A program made the translations under genes and the position numbers. DNA of 64,000 bases from Lama guanicoe (taxonomy: Eukaryota): NCBI GenBank assembly GCA_013239625.1, contig MU057202.1, positions 2,865,101 to 2,929,100 on the forward strand, written 5' to 3'. Positions 1-12,760 of the stretch are shown in pieces. The notes beneath the pieces were generated by a model. It saw only the letters and a program-made list of their open reading frames with translations, was not told the DNA's origin and ran no database searches. Position 1 is the first letter of the stretch; every line of letters starts with the position of its first letter.

Positions 1-208
1 ACTGGGGCGGGGACTCTGCTGTCTGTCTCACTGCGGATTTCCCAAAGTGATGTGGAAACGAATGAATGAAACGCACGTGGCCTTAGTCTAGAACAGCGGC
101 GACGCCCGGGGAAGCCGGACGTTGGGGACAGCCGGAGACGGCCGGAGACGGTCCTGGAGGACTGCGCCCCCCGCCCCGCCACCGCCGGGTCCCGGGGCCA
201 GTACTCAC

Positions 209-749
209 GCACGCAGAGGCAGGCCACGAGCTTGGCGGCCTCCTCGGGCACCGGGCAGGTGGGGAAGAGCGGCTTGAGAAGGTAGGTGGCGAAGACGAGC
301 GCCACGATGTACTGCGAGGAGGGCCGGATGATCAGCAGCTCGATCCAGAGCTTGAGGAAGGCGGGCAGCGAGCCGTACACCTCAAGCATGTAGGCGTAGT
401 CGCCGCCCGACTTGGTGATGGTGGTGCCCAGCTCCGCGTAGCAGAGCGCGCCCACGATGGAGAAGACGCCGCACACGGCCCACACCACCAGCGCCAGCCC
501 CGGCGAGCCCGCCTCCTTGAGCACGCCGGTCGGCGTCACGAAGATGCCCGAGCCGATGATGGTGCCCACGATGATGGCCACGCCGTTGAGCAGCGTGATG
601 CTGCGCTGCAGGGTCACGCCCTCGCTCCCTGCGCCCTCCGCGCCCCCCGCGCCCCCCGCCGCCAGCATCCGCTCGCGTGCCTGCCGCTCCTCCTCCTCGG
701 CCGCCGCGGGGGCCGCCGCCGCGCGCCGCTTCGGGCCCGAGCCCGCCAT
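209..749 (-). CDS. SLC7A5: SLC7A5 (LAT1, large neutral amino acid transporter light chain) coding exon 1; the gene continues beyond the window start
   Basis: Manual minus-strand translation from ATG at 749 (Kozak GGCAGC-ATG-G): [180 protein letters not shown]. It has the GSG motif of TM1 and the Cys (codon 255-257, C165) that links to 4F2hc. 541 nt, ending in phase 1 at a GTGAGT donor (208-203). Confidence 0.98.
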
Positions 750-904
750 GCTGCCGGGCCGGCCGGCGGGGCCGCGCTGGGCTGGGTCGGGGCCGGGGCC
801 GGGCCGGGGGCTGGACACCCGGCGCGCGCCACCCACCGGAGAAGACCCGTCCCCACTACGCGGCCGACAGCCGCTGCGTCAGCCGGCGCGGCACCGCGCC
901 GCCC

Positions 905-983
905 TTTATAGGCCGCCGCCGGCCCCGCCCCGCCCTCAAGGCCCCGCCCCAAGGCCCCGCCCCGGGCCCGTCCCGCGCACGTG
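905..983 (-). promoter_or_regulatory. SLC7A5: SLC7A5 core promoter: TATA box, GC boxes and E-box
   Basis: TATAAA on the minus strand at 905-910; several GGGGCGGGG Sp/KLF boxes at about 921-963; palindromic CACGTG at 978-983. TSS inferred at about 875-880. Confidence 0.85.
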
Positions 984-2124
984 GAGCGCTGGGCGCCTCG
1001 CCCTCCCGGCTGGCTCCGGCGTTCCCCCCGCCCCTGTCCGCGGCGACCCGGAGCGCGCACGCGGGGACCCCGCTGCTCTTGGCGGAGTGGGCGCTGCCGC
1101 AGGGCCGGCCTGCAGCACGGGATGGGCGGGTTTTGGGTGCCTTTGGGGCTCAGAGGAGGCCTGCCTGCCCCCTAGAGGGAGCCCACTGTGCTGCCGGCTT
1201 CTGTCCCAGAGGTGTTAGGATCCCGCGCCGTCTGCTCACCCCGGGGGACCTCGGAGGTATGAAGTGATCAGAACCCCTCCTGGGGGAAGCCCAAGGTCCA
1301 GGGAGGGCCTGGGGTGCTGAATCTCAGGGCTGAGTGAGCGGGAGCTCAGAGAAGAGAAGAAGAGGGAAGTGCTGAGGCCACATCTGAGCTCCTTCCTACG
1401 CTCCGAAGTCCCCACTTTACCCCAAGGGGCGCCTCCTTGTCCAAGAGCAGCATTCAGGGGCACACAACTTTGAGAAGCAGCGACACAGGTTCTGGGAAAC
1501 CAAGAAATCTGCAGAAGCTCAGTTACATTAACAGAATTGCCCCCCCCAGGGGGGTCCCTGAAGGAGCACCATGAGAACCCCTGACCCCAAATCTACCCCG
1601 AAAATCCAAAGGCAAGCTGCTGAGGGGAAGGAGTTTTTGACGTGTTCTGGAAGAGCTCCTAGGAAGGGCAGCCAGGACACCAGTGGTCAGAATCAGAGGA
1701 GGAAATGCACTGCAACCAGGCATCCTGGGCCTGGAAACAGGAAGGACTCAGACATGCTTGTGGACGAAACTGGCAGCTGAACAGGGGAAGAATCTCGAAT
1801 CCCATCTCAAGGGGAGCTTAGCCAAGGCATGCCATTTGGACCTTCCTCATCAACCCACCCCCGCCCCCAACGTGCCAGCCCTTCACGGCAGTGTGCCAGC
1901 CAAACAAAATCTCGGCAGCCCAAAGGCCCCACAACACAAATATTAGCTTGCAAGATGTCTAAGTTGGTGGCTTAGGGGGAATCAAAACCAACCCCTCCAC
2001 TCCTGTCCTTTCAGAGGCCACTGCTTGGCAGACCAGATTACCCAAGTCCGAGCAAACCTCCGAGTCTATCAGGTGCTGTGCTGAGTGAGCATCCAGTGTG
2101 CGAAGTATTTAATAGAGAAGGTGC

Positions 2125-2215
2125 CATTACTATTGTAGACGAGGAAACTGAGGTTTAGCAGAGCAATGGAACTTGTCTGACCAGCAAGTGGGCTGGAACC
2201 CCATCCTTCTCACCC
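2125..2215. mobile_element. MIR SINE remnant (similar cores near 4300, 18645, 21830, 25830, 28100, 35790, 37810)
   Basis: Core TTGTAGACGAGGAAACTGAGGTTTAG. Confidence 0.6.
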
Positions 2216-3884
2216 TGAACCCACATGTACTTGTGGTCATTCTGCCACCCTCTTCCTGTGGTTTATTTACCTCTAGACAGTTAAGCAGCGAAGACTTTTT
2301 GACCATCTCAGGATACACTTCGGTTTCAGGTGGAAGGAAGTCATTTAGCAATGCTCCAAGGGAACATGCCAAGCCCCTCCACCTGGGATTCCCACAGCTG
2401 ACACCTGCAGGTGTGTCCTTGTGCTGGCCACTGCGCTGGGCTCCAGGCCGGTGACAGCGAGTGCCTCTTCCAGACACAGAGAGGCGATCAATAATTGCAC
2501 ATAAGAGTGTGAAATTAACAATGCCGATAAGCCAAGAGCCCTAAGGGCCAGAGAGCTGGTCAGAAGGAACCAGAACTAACAAGGGAGGAGGAAGGAACAG
2601 CTTGTGCATGTGGAATGCTGGTGCCTCCCTCTGGGGGCTCCTGGGAAGTGGCCAGAGACAATAGCTGGGAGGTGACAACACCCCAGGAGCGCTTCCACGC
2701 CCCCGCGGCTTTTAGGCACCTTCGTCTGTTTCTACTTGGTTTTCAGATGAAACCGTCCTAGATTTCCAAGGGCAAACTTGCTTTGATTTCCCTGATGCAA
2801 CTCCTAAAACTCCTTACAGAACTCCGTGACTCTAAAAACCTTAGCCACAAGCACCACCTACTGGTGGAGTGACAGTGGAGCTTCTTGTCCCAGGCAGGTT
2901 CAAACCAGCCTTTCCAGCACTAGCCAGTAATTTGTTTAAAAGTTGTGCTATTTATTCTTACGAGGGTTGCTGGAGAATAACTCGGGCATTTCTATCAGGG
3001 AAGCTTGGGAGTTTCCGTCAAAAGCCTTAAAACCATGGATCCCATTTGACCAGTAATTCCACTTCTAGAAATTTCTCTAAGGAAATAAGGAGCCAGCGGA
3101 GTTTTGGCTACATGGTTGTTTATTGTAGTTTTAAAACATAGTAGCCAACAGGAAATAACCAAAGGTCTGGCACATCAGCTTTGGTAAATGTTGCTATAGC
3201 CACAGGGTAGAAAACAATGTAACCATAAAAAATCAGGATGTAAAAGAACCTTTTGATAGAGGGTGGAGGATCTTCCAAGGCTCTATCTGGTGGACCCTTG
3301 GGTAGTCTGGCTGAGCCAGGACCCCACGTCCATCTGTTGAGACCTGGGAGAGCTGTCCCCCTTGGGGAGGAACAAGCAGTTCCTGTTTCTGTGGTGCAGG
3401 ATGTAATCTGGCCCCAAGGTCGCTGCCTCTTCCATGGAGGAGCATTTCCCGGGGGCTTCTTGGAGCAGGAGCCTTGGCCTTGGAGAAGCTGAGCCGCCCT
3501 CGTGGAGAATTTGTACAAGCTTCAGTGGGGCAGAGCGGTATCTCTGTAGGGTTGTGGACTATTAGCCCTTTGGGGAAGCCACTCTCTCCTGTTTGGGTCT
3601 CAGAAACTCTGGGTCCAATCTTGGGAGAGAGAAGCCCGTCACAGGAAGACAGGCTGGATGTTGGGCCAGTGCAGGGGGCCGGGGAGCACGGCGGTTCTTC
3701 ACAGAGCCATGCCATCAGCACTGCGTTCCGACCATTCTCTCCGTGTTTGTAAATCTGCCGTAGACCATCCTCTGTGGTCCATCAGCAGGTCCTCTCGAAG
3801 TGTTTTCTGCCGGCTCTCCCAAACTCTCTTCTGTTATCTCCAAATCTGCAGTGATTTTCAGGTTCCTGATGTCAAAACATGGGC

Positions 3885-4160
3885 TGTGGGGAGGGGGGTA
3901 GGAAATGGGTGAAGGTGGTCAAAAGGCAAAAAGCCCCGGTTTTAAGATGAAGAAGTCCTGGGGGGTCAAATGTATGGCATGGTGACTACAGTTAACAAAA
4001 CGTATTGTCTGTTTGAAAGTGGCTAAGAGAGACCTTGAAAGTTCTCATCACAAGAAAAAAATTGCCACTGTGTGAGGTGATGGATGGTGAGTGAAGCTAC
4101 TGCGGTGACCACTTTGTGATATAAACGAATTACATGCCCGAATACACGGTTATCTGTCAG
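3885..4160 (+). mobile_element. Ancient L1 (L1MA/L1MB-like) 3' UTR fragment
   Basis: Typical L1M 3' end text: GGTGACTACAGTTAACAAAACGTATTGT...TTGAAAGTTCTCATCACAAGAAAAAAATTG. Confidence 0.75.
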
Positions 4161-6469
4161 GGAAACCGGGGGGGAAAAGAAGTTGGGAGGGGGATTCCTG
4201 GCAGCAGAATAACCATGAGCTCGAGGGTCAGGCTTCCCGAGTTCCCACCTGGGCTCTGCTGCACATCGGCTGGAGGAACTTGGGCAAACCCTGTCCCTCT
4301 CTGGGCCTCAGTTCCGCTTTCTATGAAGTAGGACTAAAGGCACCTACTACAAATGAGCGAATGCATGTAAAGCCCTCAGAACAATCTCCTTCCCCAAAAG
4401 AACCACTCAGTACACAGCAGCCCCTCGTAGTAGTGGTGTCTCTAAAAGAGCTGGGAAAATGGATGGAATTTACACCAAAATGTTAACAGCGACCATCTGC
4501 AGGTTGGGGGGTCAGATGACCTTTCTCTTCTTTATAGTTCTCTACTGTTCCTAAACTTTGTACCATGAACATATACTCTCTTTACATTGTTAATCTTATG
4601 AAGAAGTCCCATTTCACGGATCCCCAAAGTTGAGAGAAACGTAGCCAGTTTGGCCAGAGCACAGGAGTAGCCTCGTGGCTCTGCCTCCTGTTCCAAACCA
4701 AAGAGCAGGTGACTCTCCCACCCGGTTTGCGACTTCCCTGGGGAAAGGAGGAGTCTCTGCGGCCTCCCTCCTGCCCCTCTGGCTTGCTCTCAGACTGTTT
4801 GTGGGGAGAGACAAACTGAATTTTTGGCCTTGGGAAAGAAAGACTTGGGCTCCTCGCCCAGGGAGAGTTGAGTGGCCTTAAAAAACCTTTAATCAGCAGA
4901 AGCAGATTCAGTGTCTTTTACAAACATGCCGAGCAAAAGCCATCCGTAGGTGTGCTCCTCTCGAAGCTAGCCTATTGTTCCTGTAGACAAATAACACTCA
5001 GCAAGCGCGTGTGCAGAACGCCTTCCTGCCATGCACACAGACCCTGGGCCCTGAGAGGCAGCCCGCTTGCAGGGTTTAAGAGGCTTGCCTCCCACCCTGG
5101 GCGGCACTCTGACAGCTGGTGAAGAATCACGCCCACTCGCGTGCACAGAGGGGCTGTGGCCTAGGCTCCAGAAGCAGGGTCCACACCTGCAGCACAGGGA
5201 CGGGAGCAGCACCTCCTTCTTACATGGTCTGGGGTCTAAGTGAGACAAGGCGAGCACAGCCCCGCACGGAGCGCCAAACCAGAGAGTTAGCATCCTGGCC
5301 TCTCCCACTGGGTTACCCTGTATTATTTCTCTGTCTCCTTGGAAGCAACCACGGTGGCAGCTAGGAGGCGGAGGGCCGGGCCGGGGGAAACGCGACAGGT
5401 CTGTTGGCTCTTGCGATGAGCCTTCGCGCTGCTCAGCAGCCGTGGTCTTACCCCCTCCGCAGACCCCAGGGGCACGGCCTGCACATGCAGAGTCCTCCTA
5501 CGTCCCGGCCCTTCTTTTGAACTCATCCTCTCTCCCAGGAAGAAATGCAGCTGACAGGCCGTCCACGGGCGTGGGAGCCTCCCTGCCTCGGCGGCCGCCC
5601 TGCCACATCTGTTCTCAGTCGTGTGGGACGAGAGTTCGTGCTCTTTTCACAGAGCAAGTACTTCTCCTCCTTCTGGAGACTGGTTTTGGAAATCCATTGT
5701 TCGTGGTGTTCCACCATCCACGTTTCCCTGTCCGCCCGCTTGAAGAGCTGGGACCGCACTTGGCAATCTCGGTCAAGTTCTGTTTCCCAGCAGGTGTGAG
5801 CGCATTGCCATCAGGTACTGACTGTGAACTTGGGCTGGTCTTGAAGATGTTTCATGTGGTTTGGTTCCCGCATCAGCCATTGCCAGACCCTACTAGTCCC
5901 GACTGTGGCTGGAGGGACGAGACAGGCAGTGAGCTCAGGGGGCGGCCCAGCCCGGCCTCAGACCCCGGGTGGCCCGTCAGCCGTAGCTGCCACGCCAAGG
6001 TGACGTCCTCAGGCAACCATGCCACCTGCTGAGCAAGGAGTCTTCTAGCCACAAATGGGCTTTATCTCAGCTGCTCCTGAGGGCTCCTGGCGGTTTCATT
6101 TCCTTCATTGGAAAAGCCCCTGTTCTCGTGGCAGGAAGGGCACATGGCTACCCGCCACAGGCTCTTCAGTTCCCTTCGGAGGCCCAGCAAGTTTTCTGAA
6201 GTCCATGTGGTGGAGACGGTGACTGTCTCTGTCAGTCCCAGTAAAACCCAAAGCCCTGGGCATTTCTGAGTGACGGGAGAAGCAAGGAGAGGCCGTAAGT
6301 CTAGCTTGCCCACGGGGGGCTCCACTAAGTTGAAAAAAAGAAGAGAGTTTGCTCATGTTTCAGGATCCGGGCTTGTGACGGGCCACTGGGAAGGGTACGC
6401 CTTCTGCAGACCTGGCCTTGTCGGTGGGCCCAGGAAGCAGGCCTTGCTCGTTGCTCAGGCCTCCTGTCA

Positions 6470-6865
6470 GCAGATAGATGGATAAATCCATGTGGCCTCT
6501 CTGCACAGGGGACCACCATTCAGCCATAAAAAAGAGTGAGGCACTGACATGCACCACAACGTAGATTAACCAGAAAAACCCTCTGCTCCGGGGAGGAGCT
6601 GACGCGCGCTGCTGTGTGGTTTCATCTGTAAGAAACGTCCAGAAAAGGTAAATCTGGGGAGGCAGAAAGTCCGTTAGTGGTTGCTGGGGGCTGGGGCAGG
6701 GTGGGGAGTGACAGTAGAGAGACTGGGTTTCTCTCTGGAGCGATGAAATGCTTTGGAACCAACAGCGGTGAAGGTTGCACGGAATGCCATGGAATGGTCC
6801 ACTTTAAAGTGGCTAATGGCTAATTTTATATTATGTGAATTTTTACCAAAAAAAAAATTAAAAAA
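6470..6865 (+). mobile_element. Ancient L1 (L1MB-like) 3' fragment with A-rich tail
   Basis: ATTCAGCCATAAAAAAGAGTGAGG...TAGTGGTTGCTGGGGGCTGGGG...CACTTTAAAGTGGCTAAT...ATGTGAATTTTTACCAAAAAAA. Confidence 0.75.
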
Positions 6866-7292
6866 CCAGGCAGGCCTACAGTCAGAGGCCCTGGGTTCAA
6901 ATCCCACCTCTGCCACTGTGGTTGATGGGCTGGGAGGAGGGAGGCCACTCAGCTTCCAGAGACTCAGTTTCCCCTTCCAGGAAGTGGGACACCAAGCCCG
7001 GTCTCTGGGCGGTGGGAGGGGCCAGCGGCGAAGCCCCCCTTCCCCGTAGTGGGACCAGTGGGTGCCGGGCCGCCACCCTCCGCCCTCCACTTCCTTTCCC
7101 AGAGGAGGATGAGCTGGAAGGTGCGTCAGAGGAGACGTGGAGAGGATGGTGGTCTCAGCGCTGCACTTGCCACTATCTCATGGTGAGCGGTGGTCACCGT
7201 CCCCACGTGGTCACTGTCTGGGCATGGTCTCGGGGCAGGAATGTCTGGGTCACGCAGCCGACGAGCCCCTGGAATGAGTTCATTTTGCTTTC

Positions 7293-7414
7293 TTCTCTGT
7301 GCCCCCCAGCCCCCAGCTCACCATAGTGACAGCAGACCCCCTAGAGCTCCCAATTCTCTGTGCCCCCCAGCCCCCAGGTCACCATAGTGACAGCAGACCC
7401 CCTAGAGCTCCCAA
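7293..7414. repeat. Tandem duplication, 2 x 61 bp
   Basis: TTCTCTGTGCCCCCCAGCCCCCAG(C/G)TCACCATAGTGACAGCAGACCCCCTAGAGCTCCCAA at 7293-7353 and 7354-7414, one mismatch. Confidence 0.95.
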
Positions 7415-10400
7415 CCAGCACCCACCCTCCTCTGAGAACAGACCCCCTATCCCCTTTCCCCCAAGACCTGGGCCAGGTGATGTTAACAGCCCTGTCAGTT
7501 TCCGGCCACAGAAATTGCCCCTTGGCACTGACCACCCACACCAGTGGGACAGGACTCAGGGTTCTCCTGGCCTTTTCTCCAGAGGCCTGGAGTGACCAGC
7601 CAGAGGACCAGCCACCGAGGGCTCCGTTCTGGGGGCATTCCACAGGAGCCCCAGAGCAGCCTGGGCTCCCCCACAGCCCACGGGGCTGCCCTGCCCGCCA
7701 AGGGTCTGACCATCTTCCTCCACTCACCATTTTGCCCTTTACAGGTTCCAGAAATGAGTGGGAAATACACGAAAAGCGCAGCTCTCACAGCTGAAAACGC
7801 CCACAGAGCCCGGAGCAGGGCTGCGAGGCCTTCAGCTGCGAGGTCTGCCTGTCTGCCCGAGGCTGTCCCTGCCCCCAGCCTTCCAGGCCAGCTGAGGACA
7901 ACTCTGTCCCCCGAGAGGCGGCACCAGAGGCCTCAGCTTTACCCTCGATGCCTTCTCTCAGCCCCGGCCAGGAGGGCTGGGAGTCACCCTGCAGACGTCT
8001 CTGCAGCCAGCACTTGCCAGCCCAGCTGCCAGCGTGGTTCTGCCCGGCATGGTTTGCCCATTGCCCCGTGTCTCCCCTCTCCGAGAACCTGAGACGTGCT
8101 GAGGCTGTCCCCACTCCCTCGGGCAAAGCCCCAACCTGTATGTGGCCCCCAAGCCCACTCTGGATGCAGTCCCCTCTGATCAGATCTCTGAGCTCCTCTC
8201 CTGCCGCTTTGCCCTGTGCTCGCTTTATCCTGGCCCCGCCAGTCCCTCTGCTGCTCCTGAACTTTCCAGAACCATCCCCGGTACCTTCACGCCTCGCCCC
8301 TCACCTCCTGTAGGCCCACTCTGAGCCGGCACCTGGCCTCTGCCCTCATTTTGCTTTCCCCGGGGTCCTAGTCACCTCCAGCGTGTCCCGCACTTGCTTG
8401 TTCCGTCTGCCGCGCCTGGACCGTCTCTCCTGCTGAGGCAAGCGCCCCGGGACGTGGGGGGGGGGGTCCCAGGCTGCTTGTTGTCTGGGTCACTGATGCT
8501 CCGCAATTGCCTCACACCCTCACTGGCACACACTGGCAGGCGGTGTTCGATCAACTGTGATGTTCAGTTGGGGTGAAGCTGTGTGTTTCATTAAGGAATG
8601 ACGAAACAAATCAAAGAATGTGCAAAGCGCATCCATGCGCAAAGCCTGAATGTCACGCCTCTTTTTGGAGTCTGCACCTTTGATTTGCATTTATGTGTTC
8701 AGGGACCCAGAACAGCTGTAGGATGGCCTCCTCTGGATTTCCAGAATTCAGTAAAAAGGATCAGAAGATTTCACTTTGCTTATAAATAAATCCCCTATTT
8801 CAATGTCACGAAAGAAAAACAAAACTCCCAAAGTGACACAGGAAATACTGACAGAATAATCTTGACACTGAAAAAATACACTGTCTTTATCTTCAGTGTT
8901 GCAGTTGGTGAGCGTATCTTAAGGATGGCGGAAACACAAGATTGTTCTTCCCTGTTGACGTACATTTTAGCATTTCCATGCACGTGGGAGCCAACCCAGC
9001 CTGTGTGTGTGAGGAAACCTGGGGACGAACGGACTCTCAGGTCGGACTTGTGCCCACTGGCCCTGGACCACGAGGAGCGCTCGGCCTGCACCCCCCACCC
9101 CATGTTCAGCGGTATCCGGGCCCACAGCTCTTGTCATTCTGTAGACACTCTGTTGTGCAGAGCCGCTCACATGGGCTCCTATGTCCTTCCTCTCAGCTTC
9201 CGGCGCAGAGGCCCAGGGGAGAACGCCGCACACCCCAGGGTAGGGGCGGGGGTCAGAGCTGTGAAGGCAGATCTTGGGAGCTGAGAGTTCAGGTCTGTAC
9301 CTCAGAAGCGTCCCGGTAACCTTGTTCACTAATGTGCATAGTCCTGCTGTCGCGAGGGCTGCACACAGTGCCCGCTCTCCGCCTTCTCTGCACTGAGCCG
9401 TGCCCCGTCCGCACCGGCCCCGCGCCTGCTCCACTCTGCTTCCTTTCTCTGGACTTCCCAAATTATGAGCATCAGATCCAAGACCAGAGGTGAGTATTTG
9501 ACTATGTCACCTGAGGCATCTAACCCTTGGCCTTGCTTCCATCTGCGTGCTGATACGTCACGGTCACGCGCCTTGGAAGAACACGACGCCCGAGGTCTCC
9601 GCATCCTGTGGGCGACGTGTGAGCACGTGAGAATGCACATCGGCAGGCGGTGCGCAGCACCCAGGGCGGGGTGACTGCTGGCTTACAGGAGGAACGTGTT
9701 GCAGAAGAGGAGGCTTTGGGCTGAGCCTGAAAGAAGTCCAGGAGCACAGCAGCGGGGGGGGGGCATTTGAGGGAGGGGGAACAGCACGTCAAGGTGCCGA
9801 AGCAGAGCACGCACCACTGACGGGGCAGCCAGCAGCACCCGGCTGTAGGAGCGGGGGCACCGCTGTCAGTTTCTGCTAAACGGGTATTTACTCAGTGCCG
9901 TGAGCAAGCGAGCAGGTGAGGATACACCCTCCTGGCCGCACGGCAGGGAGGCTGTGCTCTGGGTCAGGCTGCGGAGGAGGGGGACAATGGGCGATGCAAC
10001 CCAAGCAACAAGGGCCCTGCGTGCAGAGGCCGACGTGAAGGGAGCGTGGGGGTCCAGGTCACGCAGGAAGAGGCACATGCTTAACTCCAAGGGTAATGGG
10101 AGCCTAGGCTTTACACAGGGAAGCAGAACGGTCCTGCTGACACCCCCCAAATCTCTGCACCGTCGAGAGAAGAATGGATCAGGTGGAGATGGGGCGCCGC
10201 TGGAAGGAAAGCACGAAACCAGAGGGCTGGAGGTACAATTCAGGCTGGAGATGTGGCAGCCTGGGGGCTGTGGAAATACAGAGAATGGAGAACAGGAGTG
10301 GGGGTGGGACACCTGGCAGGGAGGGGTGTCACCCACAGGACCCACTGATGCCTGGAATGCAGGAATAAGGGGCAGGGAGCTCCGGGCGGCTCCCCGAGGC

Positions 10401-12569
10401 TGGCCTTAGTGCGTGGACCGAGGCCTTTCCCGAGGCCAGACAGGCCCTGCAGATGAGGCACCCCGTTGTCGCCGGGGCACAGCTGTTCACCAGGCGCAGT
10501 CTGGGGGATCCAGGAGAGGAGGAGCAGGTAGCAGGCAGGTGAGAGAGTGGGGTGACCAGGGCCCCCGGGGACGGCCGTCGGGGGGGCCAGGGTGGGAAGG
10601 GCCCGGATCCCTGTTTGGCACAGGATGGACGAGGGTGGTGGGCGGGGCACACACTTGGACTTTCACAAAAACAGAAAATAACATAAAAGCAAAGGGAATA
10701 AGCTTTGAAGTTGATTGTTCGGGCCAGGAGTCCTACAAAACAATCCACAGCCACCGTCACATCACAGGACGCACCCCGCGGACCCACAGACCTCGCCCCC
10801 GGGGTCTGGCCGCCACTCAGGACAGGGAGCGGCCCTGCTCGTGTCTGTTTTCTGTTCCGTGGCTTTGAGAGCCACGTCTTTCCTCTCCGTGTGTTTATGG
10901 TTTCTCTGTGTCCAGGCTTGGTGTGGTTCCCAGGAGACGCACAGCGTCCCAGGGCTCACGCCAGATTTTAAAAATAACCTACAAAGCAGAACATCCACCA
11001 GGAGACGAAGACTGCGGGGCACACGGAGGAAAGCCCTCCGTCGCTGTGAAAGCGGAGGTGAAGGCATCCCCTGCTCTTGGGGTTCTGGCTGGGACGCACT
11101 CTCTCCGTGCGGTGGGGGGAGCTGGGCTCAGGGCCCCACGGTCCTCTCTCCTCCTTGAAGGCCCCTGTCATGGCCTTTGTCTGTTCCCAAGGCCCTGTGC
11201 AAGCAGGCAGCTGCCACGTGGCTGCTCTCTCTCCCCACAAGCCCTGACTGGGAGCCCCCCTCCGGTCACTGGCCTTCCTTCCACATCTGAGAACAGCAGC
11301 CTCACAGGCTGCAGGGCGTCTGAGCAGGTGCCTTGTTGGGCGGCGTTTCCATCAAAATGTAACTGCAGGTCATTATTCAACTTCTCACGAAAGTGTGACG
11401 TTCAGGACTTGGTCGTTTTGCCTTGAGCTACCTCTTTCCCTTAATTTAATAGCACACATCAGGGAGGCAGGAGCCAAGGCAGTGGGGCCCTGGGAGGACG
11501 GCCCGTAACCTGGAAATGGGTGCTCTGGGCTCTGCCTCTTCCGGGGCAGTGTCTCCACCTTTCCTGGGAGCCTGGTTTCCATGTTACTACCTGGGGGTGA
11601 GGGCACAGACCTTTCATAGAACTTGTTATGACAAATGTAAGTGGAACAGCTGTGGCCTCCATCCCAGCCACACCGTCCAGTCGCCTGGGGAGATTTTAAA
11701 ACCCTGACCCTCAGCTCCAGGGGCCAGGGCTGGGCCCCCACGTGCTTCAGACACACAGTGGGGCTGAGGGCTGCTGAACGTCTGTGGGAGTGCTGAGCCC
11801 AGGGCCCGGCGGGGGAGCCTGTCCCCCGTGTCACTGGTGGTGGTGGCAGCCCTTCGTTGGGTAAACTCCTCTCAATTAGCCATTGCAACAGGGCGGGGAC
11901 GTCAGCTCAGAAGCTCCACAGAAATGTGTCTTTCTTGATCTTTTCCTTTTCCAACATCTATTTTGACTCCTTGAAGCCGGTCTGCTTTTACCAACATCAT
12001 CACTAAACCTGATCCTTTTTTAAAAAGAGCCAAAACATGTTTATTTTACACCGAATTTGTTGAGGACGAATGACCTGTGTCCTGCCTCACTAAACGGAGT
12101 CCACTTTCCTTGGTGGTGCCAGTGACCTGGGGGCAGGGACTCCGCAAGGCCCTCGGGGCTGACGAAGGGCCTGCCCCGAGTGAGCCGCGGTCCCTGACGG
12201 GTCTTCCCGCCGCGCCCTGGACAGAGCGCCCAGCCCTCCCAGCCCCGCCCTGCTCCCTGGAAGCACGTGAGCGGGACCCCAGGCGGCCTCGTGTCTGTGT
12301 GCAGAGCTCAGGAACCTCTGCTTTCAAGGGGCAGAAGAGCGTCTCTCTAAACGTCATGCGCGTCACACCGCGTGCGCCCGGGGCTCTCACAGACGCACCA
12401 ACCCACGCACGCTGGGCCAGGACGGAGAGGCGGTGTCCAACGTGACGGCCACCAGCCTGTCGCATGCAACCTTCCAACTTACTCAGCTGGAAGTGTGTAC
12501 AGGTGAAATTCTGTGCCTCCATCTCACTGACCATGTTTCAAGCGCCCAGTGGCTGTGTGTGCCCAAGGG

Positions 12570-12760
12570 CTGTCTTGCAGGGCAGCTCCGGAACATTCCA
12601 TGTCACAGGAAACGTCCACACCCTGACCCCAGGACCTGTAGACGCGTGACCTTAGATGGCCAGGGCACTTGCAGGTGTCGTGGCGTTAAGAATCGTGAGA
12701 AAGGAGAGGGCCTGGCGGATCCGCTGGGCCCCGAGTCGTCACGGGTCCTCATGAGGCAGG
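12570..12760 (+). mobile_element. MaLR (MLT1-like) LTR fragment
   Basis: GTCCACACCCTGACCCCAGGACCTGT...GACCTTAGATGGC...TTGCAGGTGT...GTTAAG...CACGGGTCCTCATGAG resembles the MLT1 5' half. Confidence 0.55.

Larger units (their letters stand above)
90..1130. promoter_or_regulatory. SLC7A5: CpG island covering SLC7A5 exon 1 and promoter
   Basis: Very high GC and dense CpG dinucleotides across this interval; boundaries approximate. Confidence 0.92.

Noticed and set aside
457-1267. Long plus-strand ORFs (253 aa, 196 aa) over the SLC7A5 5' end
   Set aside because: Antisense shadow frames of a GC-rich exon and CpG island; low-complexity Pro/Arg/Ala content with no recognisable domain.
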